From: the human T2T-CHM13v2.0 reference genome, Homo sapiens
Length of the DNA stretch: 64,000 nt
Strand: one strand, 5' to 3'
NCBI RefSeq assembly: GCF_009914755.1
Contig: NC_060931.1
The notes below the pieces were generated by a model that was not told the DNA's origin, did not search any database, and saw nothing but the letters and a program-made list of their open reading frames with translations. Positions 28,641-43,570 of this stretch are shown here, piece after piece. Made by a program: the position numbers and the translations under genes. Position 1 is the first letter of the stretch. Each line of letters begins with the position of its first letter.

Positions 28641-30576
28641 GCTTCCTTGTGCACCTTTCTCTCTTTATCACATCACCCTCTTTATCTCTTTCAGTGAACT
28701 CTCCAAAATGTGCTGTTAGTTTCCTTGGTCACTTTTTTGATTTCTGTGCTTGTGTTTTTTGCTTGTTTTGCTTTTTGTTTCTTTGCCTTGTAAGGTAAGC
28801 TCTGTGAGAACAGAGGCCTCATCCTTCTCATTCAGTGTTTTCTGCCCCATATCTGACACACTGCCTGGCCCTGGTAGGTCCTCGGGAGACTTTTGCTGGA
28901 AGACTGAGTCTTCTGACAGAAGATGGGGAAGATGAGGAAGACAGTGGCTTTCCCAGATGCCTTAAGAACGCTGACCCTGCACTGTGCTCGGCTGAATGAG
29001 GCTGGAAGCAGCCAAGCCCGGGCAGGGATCTGAGGTCAGTGGATGAGAGCAGACATAGGCTGCTGTCCCATGTCTGGAAGGGCCCAGTGCCCGGCTTATT
29101 TGGCCAGATATTCTTGGGAGTGTCTCATTGTCACCTTTGGGTCCATGACCCTGGCCCGTGGCAGGGAGCCTCCCTTGTACTTTGAAGATTTCTAGCGAGT
29201 GTTTTAGGGTGTACCTTTAAGTGGCTTTTGTGCACTGTGGAATTTGGCTCCTGACAGCCTCATTTTTTAACAGACTATCTGAAGCCTGGTTTTGTTGTTT
29301 GATTTTGCTTTCTTTTCTTACCTTACTCCACTGACTCTCCTGTTTCAGAGGGCATCCAGTGCTGATACCGAGCAAATTCTCTCCCTCTGAGAAGTCTGCT
29401 GGGTGTTGGGCAGCTGGGGAATGAGGCTCTGTGGAGAGGGGAAGTTTTCTCTTAAGCTACTTTTTTGGAACTTTCTTTGAGTATTACTAGTAGTAGGAGA
29501 GGGATTTCAGGAATGGCTTGGGATGTCAGGACTGGTCTGTGTAGGAAATCTGGAGAATAAGTGAGTTTGGACTTCAGGGTGCGTGCTGGGGAATCCTGAC
29601 CTCAGTTTCCGCGGGTGTTGACTGGTAACTATTGGTTTCAAATGCGAGATGGGAGTCTTGCTCTCCCCATGTGTGGGATGTGCCCCGTGGGGCTGTGTTT
29701 TGTAGGCAGTGAAGTTAAGGCTTGCCCAGAAAAATAACATGTTTTCCTTGCCTGGTGCTTGAGCTGTTTGCCCTATGACTGGCTGATTGGTGGTTTGCGA
29801 AGAAAGGAGACACTAGTTAACTGGGGTGTCCAGAGGATTTTTGTGTGTGTTTGTGTGAGTGGTTTTTTCTGTTTCTTTGGAAACAGTAGAGGACGGATGA
29901 GGAAATAACGATCATACTACTACTTAGAACTGCGTTTAAGGTCCTTGAGGCATCTTCCAAACATTAACTTGATGTCACTATTTAAATAATGCTATCACTT
30001 CGAGAAGACCAGAAATCCTTTGATGTCAGTATTGAAAAGGGGGATAGGAACACTGAGGGCTTTGGAAATAACTGGGAATTTTGGCACCCTAACTCGTATT
30101 CTAACGGCTTTACCCTGTGCTGTGTTTCCTACAGAGGCACTTAGTGGAGGATATAAATCAAAGCTCTGTCTAATCAAGGCTTTCTTTCAGCCTTGATGGA
30201 AAACACTTCTTTGAGATTAAAAACGCCTGACACATAGGATGTGATGGTATGTGAAAGATATGTTTTCATTAAATAAAATTTTGACTACTCCCAAGCATTA
30301 AAAAATTCAAAATCTGTTAGGCTTTCCACATATATAAACCTTTCTGCATTGGGAGGTGACCAGATTTTAGGGACAGAGGTATTGGATTATTCATCTTTAA
30401 CTCCCCGGTGCCCCAAGTTAGGAAATGTTGCTATTATGGAGACGTCATCTCTCCATTTTCTCAAGAGGCTGAAATGACCAGATCATTGATTATATTATGA
30501 CTTCCTTTTTTTCACAGCTAACTAACACTTCATGCGTTATTCAGAAGTTTCTTTTTTTTTTTTTTTTTTTTTTTTA

Positions 30577-30710
<134 letters not shown>

Positions 30711-33119
30711 GCATTTTTAAAATTAAATATCACATGGGCTATTTGGGGAATAAAGGGAGAGAAAGAAAAAAAAATAAGGAAGAGTGAAAATAAGAATAAG
30801 TGTTAAGATTAAGAAAATGTAGTGTACTAAGGAAAATGTAATAATGAAGAGAAGATTTGGCTTTTTTTTTAATAGTTCAAGTGGAGAGTGGGTATAAAGA
30901 GGTTGTCACAATCTGTGTCAGTCTTATTTCCCATGCCTCCAGGTAAACCTAAAGCACCTACTGATAAGAAGGCTGAGTTTCTCATCTTATCCAGGTGTCT
31001 TCTGAACTCTCCTTTCTTCCTGCCTGGCTGGGGTTCAGATTGCAGGGACAGGGTAGCCAGGCACATATGGGGACGTGGCCTTGCCAGCAAAGCACTTTAC
31101 TTGCATTCTATGGCTAGGAGCTGTCTTCAGGAAGGAAAACAGACACGTGCAGCTCCATCTCCAGCCCCTCCAAGCCCAGGGTGAGGAGTCCCTCTTCCCT
31201 GGCTTGCTCAGCCACCAACAGCCAAACTTCACCCCAGAGTCAAGTGACCTATTAAACCCGTCTTAGTCTGGCAGTTATTTAACTTTTATAACAACTGTGA
31301 GAAGTAGGTATTGTCATTGTTGTAAAAGAGCCCAACGCAGTGGAATGAAAAACAAACGAACAGACCAAACCTACCCAAGCTTATAGGTTGGCTGGTATGT
31401 GGCAGAGCCAAGTTGGAACACAGACCTGTCTCCGAGGTCCTTCTCGGGATCATATAGAAGACAAAATAATTCTACTTGGCAGCCTTCAAGTAAAAAGTTG
31501 GCAGATCAGGATTTGCTTGATAATTGCTGGATTATCAGAGAATCATCAAGTCAGGATCTCTTTAAAGAACATTACCTTCAACATCCTTTGGAATCTTCAA
31601 TCTCTCGACATATGCCACCAAATGTATACATAACTCTGTGCCATGTGCCATCTCTGCAACTCCATGTCTGCGAGTTGATTGTACTATAAAAACAGCAACC
31701 AACATTTCACAGCACTTTGCAGTTTATGAAGTGCTTTCCCAAATATCCCACTTGATCCTCCCAACATCCCTGAGTCAGATAAAATCTATATCACCTATAG
31801 TCTCTTTTTATAGGAGAAAATTAATATTCAGAGGAGTTAAGTAACTTGCCTAAGATCCCACAGCTAATGAGCAAAGGAGATTTAATTGTTTCTTTTCTAA
31901 CATAAAATCTGGTTTACTAATCACGATATTAGGTTTACCATAAATAATACAGTTTTACTTTTCAGCATTAAAAGCAAAATAAAGCCTAAATTTAAAAAAC
32001 AAACAAAATCCCACTTCCGAAAGAATTAAAAGATTGCTCCAGGGGTTATATATGTGTGTGCAGCTTGAACTGGCATCCTATTATGAGAAATATTTAGCTG
32101 TGAAAGAGGAGATGATATGATATTTTATGTAGTTAATGAAACAGTTTTGCTTTCTCATGGCCTCTGAACTCTCAAAGCACTTTACTAAAAGTACTTTATG
32201 GCCATTAAAATTCTGCTTTTCCACCATAGACATCTGGGTACACTTCTCTTTCCTTCTGGAGAATCATTGCCCAGAGGGCAGGAACTGTTTGTGCCAAGCC
32301 TTCATTCTCCTAGCATGGGGCCTCATGCATGGTAGGTGCTCAGTGACGATGTGGGGAAGAAATGAATGAATGAGACCTGTGTCCTTGGTTTCTGATTCTG
32401 CCCCTGGTGTGTGCCCAAGTTGAATCATATTTGAACAAGTTCACTGTGATGGGTAATCAATCACTGTCCACAGGCCACTTTCCCTGAAGCAGTTTGTGAA
32501 CAATACCCCATCAAGGGCAGCCACAATTTCCCAGTGTGGATTTGGGGGCTGGCCTTTTCCCTTCCCCTTTCTTCAGCCTTTCAATAGGCATGTCTCATAG
32601 GCCTTCTCCAACGTCCCCACTGGGTGCTGCCTGCACCCTCTTCCCCTTTTTTCTTTCCCTTTCAGAAGGATCCAGGTTCTGGGTTTTTCCCAGCATATGA
32701 TCTACACTCCCCTGAGCAAAGAAACCACGTTCATGCGTAGGAAGGGCTCCTAGGTTTGGGATCACAGGGGCATTTAAAGAAATCCTCTTTCCCTTTTCAT
32801 ACTGATTTGAAGTGTGGATTCGAAAATGGTGCTGTTGTTTGGGGGCCTGAGCCCTGGGGCAGAAAAAGAGAAGGCCCTGCGTTTTTTTATTAATGGCTTG
32901 GACCTTTTGATGAATTGGAGTCTGGCACAGTGTTAACCTCTCGTGGGTGGTGGGGTTCAAGGAAAAGGCCTTTTCCTTCCATGTGCTTTTTCCAGAGTGT
33001 TTTAGTGGATTTGCAGGCTTTAGTGAGTGATTCTTTGTTTAGTAGGAAGTTGAGAAAGATATGAAGGACTTTTCTAGTCCATGGAAATAATCTAGGAATC
33101 CCCCAAAACACAGCTTATT

Positions 33120-33420
33120 AGCTGGGCATGGTGGCTCACACCTATAATCCCAGCACTTTGGGAAGATGAGGCAGCAGGATTGCTTGAGCCCGGGAGTTTG
33201 AGACCAGCCTGGGCAACACAGGGAGACCCTATCTCTACAAAAAGTAAAAAATTAGCTGGGTGTGGTGGTGCACACCTGTGGTGTCCCAACTATTTGAGAG
33301 GCTGAGGTGGGAGGGTCCCTTGAGCCCTGGAGTTTGAGGCCACAGTGAGCTGTGATCACTCCAGCCTGAGTGACAGAGAGAGACCATGTCTCAAAACAAA
33401 CAGACAAACAAACAAACCCC
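33120..33420 (+). mobile_element. AluJ
   Basis: Dimeric Alu with flanking acac(a/g)gcttatt repeats. Confidence 0.92.
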
Positions 33421-36400
33421 GCAAAACCCCACACGGCTTATTTCTGCACTTTAAACATATTTAATGATCCTTCATTCTGGTGAACCTTGTGCAGAAAGGT
33501 GGGCCAAGAGTTTTGTAGTTGCTTCCTTATGAGATCAGTATCCTCCTCATGGTACAATACGAGCTAGGCATGAGTTTTGAGTCTTGAGCTTGTTTATCAG
33601 GATGAAAGGATCCCTGTAAAGTGTGTGAATATATATACATATTTATATATATTATATATAAACTTCTCAATAAGAAAACAGGCCAAAAGAAAAAAATATG
33701 TATATGTGTGTGTATTTTTGCTCTTTTGGACTGATTAAGCTTTCTTACTGAGAAGCTGGTTAAGAGGCAAAAGTTTCCCTAATAAGTATTCTGTGAGCGG
33801 AGGGCTAATGGTGCCAGCAACGTTAAAGCAGAATTTAGAAGCTTGTGATGTTTTCTATTTAAGTATAAAAAAAGAAAGGAAAACACATTCTCTATGATGG
33901 AGCTGTCCTCTCAGTAATAATAGAAAATCAACAAGGCAATTATCACAAGTGGTAAGGCATTGGAGTAGGAGATATATTTGTATGTTGGGGCAACTCTTTC
34001 TTTTGCTACTGTTGAGTCAACACTGCTGTAGATAAAGGTTAAGTTATCTGGACAGTGGGAGCTGTAGGTGGCCAAACCAGATAATTTACCCAGAAAAAGC
34101 CACCCTAATTGATACCAGCTTAGTCATCTCTCTCCTCTATGGACTGAACCTGCAAGGGTATGCTTATGCTTAGCTTAAATGTTGGCAACAGACCCCAGCC
34201 CTCCCTCACACTGACAGGGAATGATAATTTCACATACTTTTTTGAATATTCATAAAGTTTTAATTGGCATTGAATCTGGCCTTGTCATAAGCTTAACTTT
34301 GCCCGAGTTTTTCAGAGCTCTTGGGAAAGTATAAAGAGGTGGGGACGCACTTAGTCCCTTCCTTTCATCTCCTCTTCTGTATGTGGTCTTTGTTTTCATT
34401 GTCTCACTCATCCTGTTGTGTTATTCTTAATCTGCCTTTTACCCTAAACTGGGTGGCATGGGCGAGGTAGTTGTGGGTACTTATACTCTAATTATTCTTG
34501 CAGAAGCCACACTATTGGCTATCAGATCAGGAGACTCCAGTGTTGCACAGAACCAGTCATTCTGTGCATTGCAGAATATCCCATATCCCAGGCCCCTTCC
34601 CACTAAATGCCAGGGTGACCCCCTTCTAATAATAGCAGCCAATAATTGGTTTCACGTATTTCCAAATCCCCTTACTGGGCCACCCAAGGAAATGATGCCT
34701 TTTCTAGGCAGGCAGATGAAATGTGCCTTTTGCTAACATTTAGAAAGAGAACCTTGTTCGAATGATGAGAGAATCTTCAGATGGCATGAGATTTTTGCCT
34801 TAACATGGCCTTTAAGTGACCTCCTAGTACTGTCAAATGTTCACACACTTGACATTTGAAGCAGAATGTGTGAGGAATCTGAATCAAGGCTTCGGTATAT
34901 TTTTACCCTGTGTTCAACGGACATCGTGAGCTGTCTCAGGCTCAGAACACAACTGCTGGCTACTTTAGAATACAACCTGGGAATGCCCCAGCTTTCTGCT
35001 GGGGTCGTGGGAAAAAAGCACCCAGTATGATACCATCATTCTCAAATGTCTTTCAAGAGGAAGTCAGTAGTGGTAATCATAGGAGTTAATAGTAAGATGA
35101 AATAGTCTCTTCCTGGTTTCGCCGAAAGCAGAGTGGTCTGGCTTGGGCATCACTGGGCTTGATGCAGTCTCACATGTGGTAGCTCACATTCATGCAGAAA
35201 AAGACACATTTTCAGATGTTTTGAGTATGACTTCAGCCCGTACATTGGGTGGACCAAATGTATATTGTTGCTGAAGATATAGATACTTATCTAGAATAAA
35301 AATCCAAAACCTCCCCCCGCCACATTATCCAATAAAAATCATCTGCATGTGTGAAAAGAAAACTAAGACTAGACTAAAAAGTTGTGACTCTTAAGAATAT
35401 TTAAAGATATTTATTTTACATGAAAATTGTTTAAAAATCAAATGCACTCAAACTGCATTAAAAAGTATCTATCTAGAGGCAGAGTAGTACCATTTGGGAA
35501 CGTGTTCCAATTCTAAAGAGGCAAATTTTACTGTAGTAGGGCACAAAGGGAGAAGAGAAAACTATACTGCTGACCTTTTTCTTAGATTTTCCAAAAGGCA
35601 AGCTGCTTTCCACCAGTATGAAGAATAGATCCAGTTTTGCACTGAATTTCGTTGCTATCATAGTCTTTTCTCTCAGGAGTTCATGGGGGCAGTTATTTTA
35701 AATGACAATGAAATACTTTCTTTTCTGGAAAAATAGAGATGACAGGGTCGACCTAAACCTTGGCTATGTTTTGTTCTAATTTTTCTTTTTTGTTTTCTTT
35801 CCTTTTTGTGCACAGTGAGAGCAGGTAAAAAGGAAGAGAGTTTGCCACCAGTCAGCATGTTTTCTGAGGTTATATGTTTAGTCCCATTAGAAACAAGCTA
35901 AATTATTTGGTTACATTCAATATTTCCTTCAAAACCTAAGAATCTCTACACTTGTATTTTGTTAACCACACACATGTCAAATAAACTTTTGTTTTAGAGA
36001 TGTGATGTCTTCTGCAAGAAAGTATATTGTACTGCATGGTAACAAGGGGACAAGGACCTAAATGCGGTTCATACGCATTCAGCGACTTACTCAACATTGC
36101 ACCTCTCATGCTTCACACAAGTGCTTATTACCAAGTATGTTCTGAACTATTGAACCCATAGAGAGGAAAGCTATAAGACAGGATTATGTGAAACAAAAAT
36201 CAGAATTAGCCAGTAACTTTGAACAAAGACCTCCTATCTAAAGAAACATATGGAAAATTTAAAAAAAAGAAAGAAAGAGGAATCTAACATATGAAAACCC
36301 AATCCCACTGGAATGTTTTCCTATACACAGCATAAACGCCACATAAATAAAACCACAAACCTCTGCAGAAGTACGTGAGAGGACGTGAGCCCCCAGCACT

Positions 36401-37039
36401 CTCTCCTGTTACGGCCCCCTCTGGGAAGTAAGACCCGGGTTAGTTTCCAGAGACAAAAGCTGTTTGGAAATCCTTCCTCCTGGGAGCAGTGGGCCTCATT
36501 GGAAGGGAACTTCTGACAGCCTCTAAGCATAATATAAAGTGTGACGCAATCCCAAAGGGGGCTGTGATTCAGGTTGTAGGATTCTGAGCTTTTGGGATAC
36601 CAGGGGATGGCAAATATCTTTGAAGAACAGGGATATTCTTCTGGTTTGAACAGAATAGTAATATTTAACCGCAGTGTTATGTGTCAAGTTCAGGCCTTCT
36701 GGGGGAGACTACTGGCTCTAAACTGCCCAGGAACACACCCTCTTCACGCCAAGTTCTGGTGAAATGTTCACTTATAAGGTACAGCCCCACTCTTGGTCTT
36801 GTTCCCTGTGTAAATCTCTGGTTTGAAAACCTTGTAGCATTCAGGCGTTTCAAGCTTGAGGGCTGAAATGTCACTTTTAAAGCAGGGTTAAAAAGGTCAC
36901 ACAGCTGCAAATAATAATAGCCCAATGAAATTCAGATTCTGACTGCAGCCCGCTTCAAGAATAACACTGCAACAGGAAACAAGACCACAAGATCCTTTCA
37001 CCAGTAACGCTGGTAAGAACACTACTGATAAAATGAGTA

Positions 37040-37215
37040 TATGCATGTGTCTGTGTGAGACAGACAGACAGACATAAGGAGACAAACACACAAAGAGAGG
37101 AGAGAAAGGCACACATGGAGAAATAGACATGCAAAGAGACAGAGGGAAGATGCCCACACAAAGAGAGAGAGACACACACAGACACACAGAAAGATACCAA
37201 GACAAACACAAAGTA
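37040..37215. repeat. Degenerate GA/CA-rich simple repeat
   Basis: Low-complexity sequence gagacagacagacagac...gagagagagacacacacagacacacag. Confidence 0.8.
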
Positions 37216-40200
37216 ATTGATTTTCTTGGACTGAAATTCAAGGTGTTTATTTTTCTGTGGAAAGTTACAATATTCAGGTTTGAAAAATAAAGATATATTT
37301 GAAATCCAGAGGGCTTACTTTTCTCTTAATTTACAGTTAGCTTCCAATAGTTATGTTTTCACATAATACCTCTTTGAATGGTCCTGTTCTACAGTGTTTT
37401 ACTACAATGGCACTGTTTTGCAGATGAGCAAATAAGATAATGAAAGATGCAATATCCCTCCCAAAGAAAGAAATTCTTAGCTCCAAATTGCATATGCAAT
37501 TCCTTCCCAACAGCTAGCCACATGTGGGGATAACCTACCTGCATCCTTGCTTTGAAAGTAGAACCAGGCATCTTTGAAGAAAATAAATCGAGAGTGTGTT
37601 TTTGGTGAATGTGTGTTGGGTTATTATTGTGTGTGTCCCCTTGCCCTTCTGACAGATGTATTGAGATAAATATTTGCTTTGTTTCAGAAACACGAAGTGC
37701 AAATTGGCCATGGCCTTAACTAATATAATTAATAAACAACATTTGTTCCTAGGAAGAAAGCAGGATTGATGTGGAGTGTCATACAGTGTGACTGACTCAA
37801 GGTGCTCCTGTTTTCCAGCTGTTTTTGGTATTTCAGGAAGGTCCAGTTTCCTCCTCTAGAAACCTTTTGAGGTCTCATAAGCTCAACAAAGCAGAAAGAT
37901 CTGTTTCGTGTGAGTCCTGCCAAGAAGGCTCTTCCCACACTCACAGGAGAGTGATAAATGCTGATAAATGTTGTCAATAACACGAATAAAATTCAAGCCC
38001 CCCTTTCAGATTTATAATGCATTCATTTCCAGGTTAACAATATCAGAGGTGACAGGGACACAGCCATATTGTTAGTGCTCACTGATACTCATGATTTCAG
38101 TTTGTAGGTTTGAAGTTCCCATAACTTTTGGTATTTATAAGAATACATGCCAGGCTTTCAGATTAGAACAGCCCTTTTAGTGTCTTACTATTTATTATTG
38201 CAAATTCCATATCACTGTATGAGTCCATCTGCTGTGAATGGAGGAAACTTGTGCCATCCCACTAAGATTAGAGTTTGATGTTAACTAGGGATTAGTAATG
38301 GCTTTCTACAATTTACATGGGCAAACATCACTCTTGGCTGATTACAGCAAACCAGATGATGTCAATTTATCCCCCCTCTGGGCTTAGTTGTTACCCTTAA
38401 GTTTACAATAGGTATTTACAGTATATTGTGTAGGCTGTCCACGTTTCAGTATCATTTGCTTTTTGCAGTGTTTGCCTTTCATGAAATGGTATTTCCAAGT
38501 ATATCCCTAAATGGCTGGCAAAGCATTTGAATGGATTGCATGAGACATTGTGGACGATTTCCCATTTTAGACCAGGAATTTGTGGGGTCAGACACTGAAC
38601 AATGAAAGAGATTCTTGCTCATTGCGAGGCCAGAGGAATCCAGTGGCAGTCGAGGGTTTGAATTGTAAATCAAGCTTGTCATCTCTTTGTCAACCATGAA
38701 AAACCTCAACTCACTTTATGTGCTATTAGGATTTGTTATCAGAGTTTTTTTGTTATCTTCCTCAAATTTGAAGGAAATTAAAATCAGGAGGCATTTTTTT
38801 CTAGTTGACTGTTGATGCTGAATTTTGGAAAAGAGGAACAAAAATGAGTACCGTTTAGAAAATATTAAATGATGAGGCAGCATCTGCCACAATTATGACA
38901 GTGTCTAACCAAAGGTATCGGACTACTCAGAGTCTTTCAAATGTTGCTTCATGGGGGTCATACTCAGCCCACATGTGGTTAATAGACTGGACTTTAATGA
39001 TGCCAATGTCCATGGCAACATTAACAGACAATTTGTAATGAATTAATACATTTACTTGTGAGATTGAATAAAATTAGATTCACTCATTGTTTCTACTGAA
39101 AGCACCTTTAACTTTTTTCCATGAAATCTGGAGAGATTTCTTCTCTGGCCATAACTGTCAACAGGTAGACTGAGTGATCCCCAAAACTACTTACCTCACC
39201 AATAATTTGATTCAGGGCAAACAGTGTTTGAAAACCACTGCCTCAGGAGTAGAGAATGGGCAAGCTGTTTGGGGCAGTGTATTGTGATGATTCAGGATCA
39301 TTATCCATTCCACAAATATTTATTGAATGCCTACTATGTAAGCTCTATGCAGTGGAGCCTAGGGTATGGCAGTTGCCAAGCAAAACTTGGTTCATTAAAA
39401 AATCCAAGCCAGTAAAACAACTGAATGGGAAATGAGAGGATGAGGACTCAGGGAGAACAGCCTCGTTCAAATCCTGTCTGAGTAATTTGCCCCCACCTGA
39501 TGAATGGTTAAAGAATCTATGCAGGGCTTTATTTAATAAGAGTCTGTTTGAGAGAATAATTATTACAATATGTGCTAGAAAAGAACCATAATAATAGACC
39601 ATAAAAATAAACCATGGCTCTTGACTAATACACTAGACCAGATCATACTCGTTGATAAAAGTAATAAAGCCTACATGGTAGAGAGGTACCATTTAGAAAA
39701 ACTATTGCAAACACCTACACAGAAAGGAATTAGCAAGAGAATGCTGTTTGCAGAGGGCTAAATGTGGGAACTGCAGGGCATCAGAATAAAGCAGTTGAAG
39801 TTCACACACTTACAAATACACACCCACTCACTTCAGACCTTATTAATCACTGAAAACTTATTTTAGCAACTGCCATTCCACTTGAAGACTTTTATTCCAG
39901 TATTACGTTGCTAAAACATATTTGGTCCATGGGATCCGTGGCATGTAATACATTGATACAGACTCACTTATGTTGTAAAATAAAATAGTAACATAACAAT
40001 TGTAACCCAGTAGAACCTATCAATGACTAAACTCTAAGTGATTTGAGGACAGACTGTATTTCTCAACTTGTGTCTTCTGAGGCATGATTTCTTATACTGA
40101 CATATCTCAGTGGCTAACAGATTAGATTGCTCATATTCCTCTAAACATATCATCCACATCATGAAGACTCAATTAAGACAGTAGAATCTATGTGGCCGAG

Positions 40201-41952
40201 CCTTTCGTTGTCTTCAAGCACCAGCATCATCCTGTAATTCTAAGGTATTTGCTGTAGCTCATATGCAAATGCAGCCATTAATTAAGATAAGGCAAACCAT
40301 GTTGATATCGGACAGAATTGCCAAAGTATTAGCATTATGGGCCTGAATTTCTGGGGAATGTCAGTACTTTGGTAGGCCAGGGCTTGGGATGGAGTTGGGA
40401 TTACGGTAGAAAAATACTTTTTCCTCATACTTAAGTGTCTGGGCTTGGTCAATCTCTTCCCTACTTTGGCTTATTAATGAATCTCTTTAAACTTTCAGCA
40501 GTAGCACTTCCAGTCTTGATCATTTCTGTTGCTTGGACATGAATCTAATTGTTATCATTAATGACCACTTTCAGATGTAGGCCATAAATGTGCGTATATG
40601 AAACTTTCTCATTTTACTGTCACATCATCTAATGTTACCTGGTAAGAATAACATTCTACAGTAGCAACTAAAACTCTTAAGTGGCATCCAAGAAAGACTC
40701 ACCTTAGGCAAATAAAATAGTACTTTATATTTTATAATTTTATAAATAGATAATATTTAATATTAGAGTGAAGTTTCGGTAACACTTTCCCAAAAAAACC
40801 CTCCAAACAACACACAAATATACAGACATCTCTCCATAATTTGAAAATATCTACCAGGCCCCATAGCCAATATGACAAGGAATGCGGTTGCTGAAGTTTG
40901 GTCTTTATACCCCTCTTATTAAGGTATGGACCTTAGGCATGGAGCAATTAAATGATCTGGCAATGGTCAGGCAGATGAAAGCTACAGAGACAGAGAAGTT
41001 CCAGGAAAGCATTTAAACGAATTTACTAGAAAACTAAGATGTAGTTAATTAATGGATAGCCCGACAACTCTGTTGTTTATTTTGTCTTGGATCAAAATCA
41101 TTTTCTCAGCTTTAAAGTCACCTCTTATTTTGAGACTTAGTAGTACCTTCTCAGTATTCACAGTGGGGAAGAGAGATGCTCTACAATCAGTGATGGCAAA
41201 ATCAAATGAACAGTGAAATGTGAGAAGTTATTTTAATTGCTCAACACTCCCCAGACAAGGGCAAGCAGAAAGATCCCAAAGATATTTGTGTCTAAATATA
41301 AGACAGTAAAGGATTTTGAACAATATGCTTAATACAGGAAAGCTATAAAATTATGGTAATCACTGTATTCATGGGTGGCCAAATGGAGAGTGAAAATGCA
41401 TCGCTCTGTGAAAGCTGGATAATTGTGAGAAATAGTGGTTTGAATAGGTTTACATTTTAAAATTTCCTTTATATTGCTTTAAAATATCTGACTGACAATG
41501 TTATCTCAGGCAAGTCTTTTCACTTTGTGCTTCAGAAAAGTGAAAGTATATATATATTTTCCCGAAGAATATTGTCAAAAACATTAGTGTTTGTGGGGGA
41601 AAGCTGTGACAATATACAAAGTACAGTATAATTGGTTTTGGTTGAAAGATAGTGAAGCTTCCTTCAGACAAAGGGTGATTATTCTATGACTCCAAGCAGA
41701 ACTTCCTATTTCAGGGTCCAAGGTGACTTGTGAATCCTATTGGAATCACCTACAAGTGGCATTTTAAGAAGGCAAATTACTTCCTGTGTGCACAGTAGAA
41801 GTAGTAGGTTTTAATTCAGTAATAGAGCCATATACTGTTAGCAGCAACGTACAAATCGAACTCTAAGAAAGGTACAAAAAAAAGAGGGGGGGTATGATAT
41901 AGAAAATTATTTAAATTGTGTGACTTAAATAACTAAACGTGTATCTCCTATG

Positions 41953-41956
<4 letters not shown>

Positions 41957-42016
<60 letters not shown>
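41957..42016. repeat. (TA)30 perfect microsatellite
   Basis: Direct count. Confidence 0.97.
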
Positions 42017-42020
<4 letters not shown>

Positions 42021-42148
42021 ACTGTGTGGATTGGTAACCACAAAACCATGTATGCTATACTTACATTGGCTTTTGGGAGGATTTGCAAAGGTAATTTTGA
42101 CTACATTCAATTTTTGCCTAAGGTATGCACCTTAGAATTGAACTACAG

Positions 42149-42297
42149 CAGGGTGTGGTGGCTCATGCTTGTAATCCCAGCATTTTGGGAGGCCAAGATG
42201 AGAGGATTGCTTGAGTTCAGGAGTTTGAGACCAGCCTGGCAATACAGCAAGACTTTGTCTCTATTTTTATTTAAAAACAAAACAAAACAAACAAAAA
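42149..42297 (+). mobile_element. FLAM/Alu left monomer
   Basis: gggtgtggtggctcatgcttgtaatcccagc...agactttgtctct followed by an A-rich tail. Confidence 0.85.
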
Positions 42298-42331
42298 CTG
42301 AACTGCTACATAAGAAAAGACTACAGTATAA

Positions 42332-42719
<388 letters not shown>

Positions 42720-43498
42720 TGAAAGCTACCTTATTCCAGATGATGTATTTGGATCAAGGGGCAGCAACCTTAATCTGCTGTTAATTTCAAGTCAGCTTAT
42801 AAAGCCAAATTAATGAAATATCCAACGTTATGTTTTTGGCATTTTTGGATTTCTACTTACTCCTGCGTACTTGGATAACTTTTGTTGAGGCATATCAAAT
42901 GCCTGAGATAAGAGGGAATTGAGGACCACGGTTCGCCACCAGAATCACTTGCTAAGCTGGTGCCACAGCTACTTTGTAGTCCCTTGGGAATGCTGAAGCT
43001 TGCTGGGGTGGTTGTGGGTGTCTCATTTCACCTGTTGCTCAGGGGTAGCATTTTCATACTGGCAGTTACCCAGTGATTGCCATTCCTCTTGCTGTCCTAA
43101 GTAGCAAATCCCAAAAGCTTTCAGCAGGACTGGACAAGGGTTGGTGTACACTTTGCCTGAGAACCTTCTTGCATAGGTGTGGTCTTTCCTGGTAGTAACA
43201 CCCACCAGGTGGTTTTCCACAGGGAGGATTTCTGCTGCTACCTCCCCATAGCAGTTTTCTTCCAAGTACAGTCAGTATGCACTCGAGTAAAGGACAGTAG
43301 GAGCCCAGCCTAGGTGAGCCCAAAGAACTACAGCCAAGCAGGGCCTGTGCTCACTCACATTAATGTTCTGCTCATCTAATTTTGGTATTGGCATAGAAAG
43401 GGGGCTCTGAGTGATTGCCTTTCTCACGTTGCTCAGGTAGAAGCAGAAGATATTCATGGATTTCTTTTTCCTTCCTCCCTTTCCCTCTGATCCTTCAG

Positions 43499-43570
43499 AT
43501 TTATGAGGAATCCAAGATGAATTTGGAGCAGGAGAGGCCGTTTGTCTGCAGTGCCCCAGGCTGCTCCCAG
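43499..43570 (+). CDS. CREB5: CREB5 coding exon (first visible, conventionally exon 2), 72 nt, phase 0-0: IYEESKMNLEQERPFVCSAPGCSQ
   Basis: A long pyrimidine tract plus tccttcAG acceptor ends at 43498, and the donor is CAG|GTGAGT at 43571. The translation matches the recalled CREB5 N-terminus (M)IYEESKMNLEQERPFVCSAPGCSQ, with the C-x4-C half of the zinc finger. The internal ATG (Met8) is at 43517. Confidence 0.97.
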
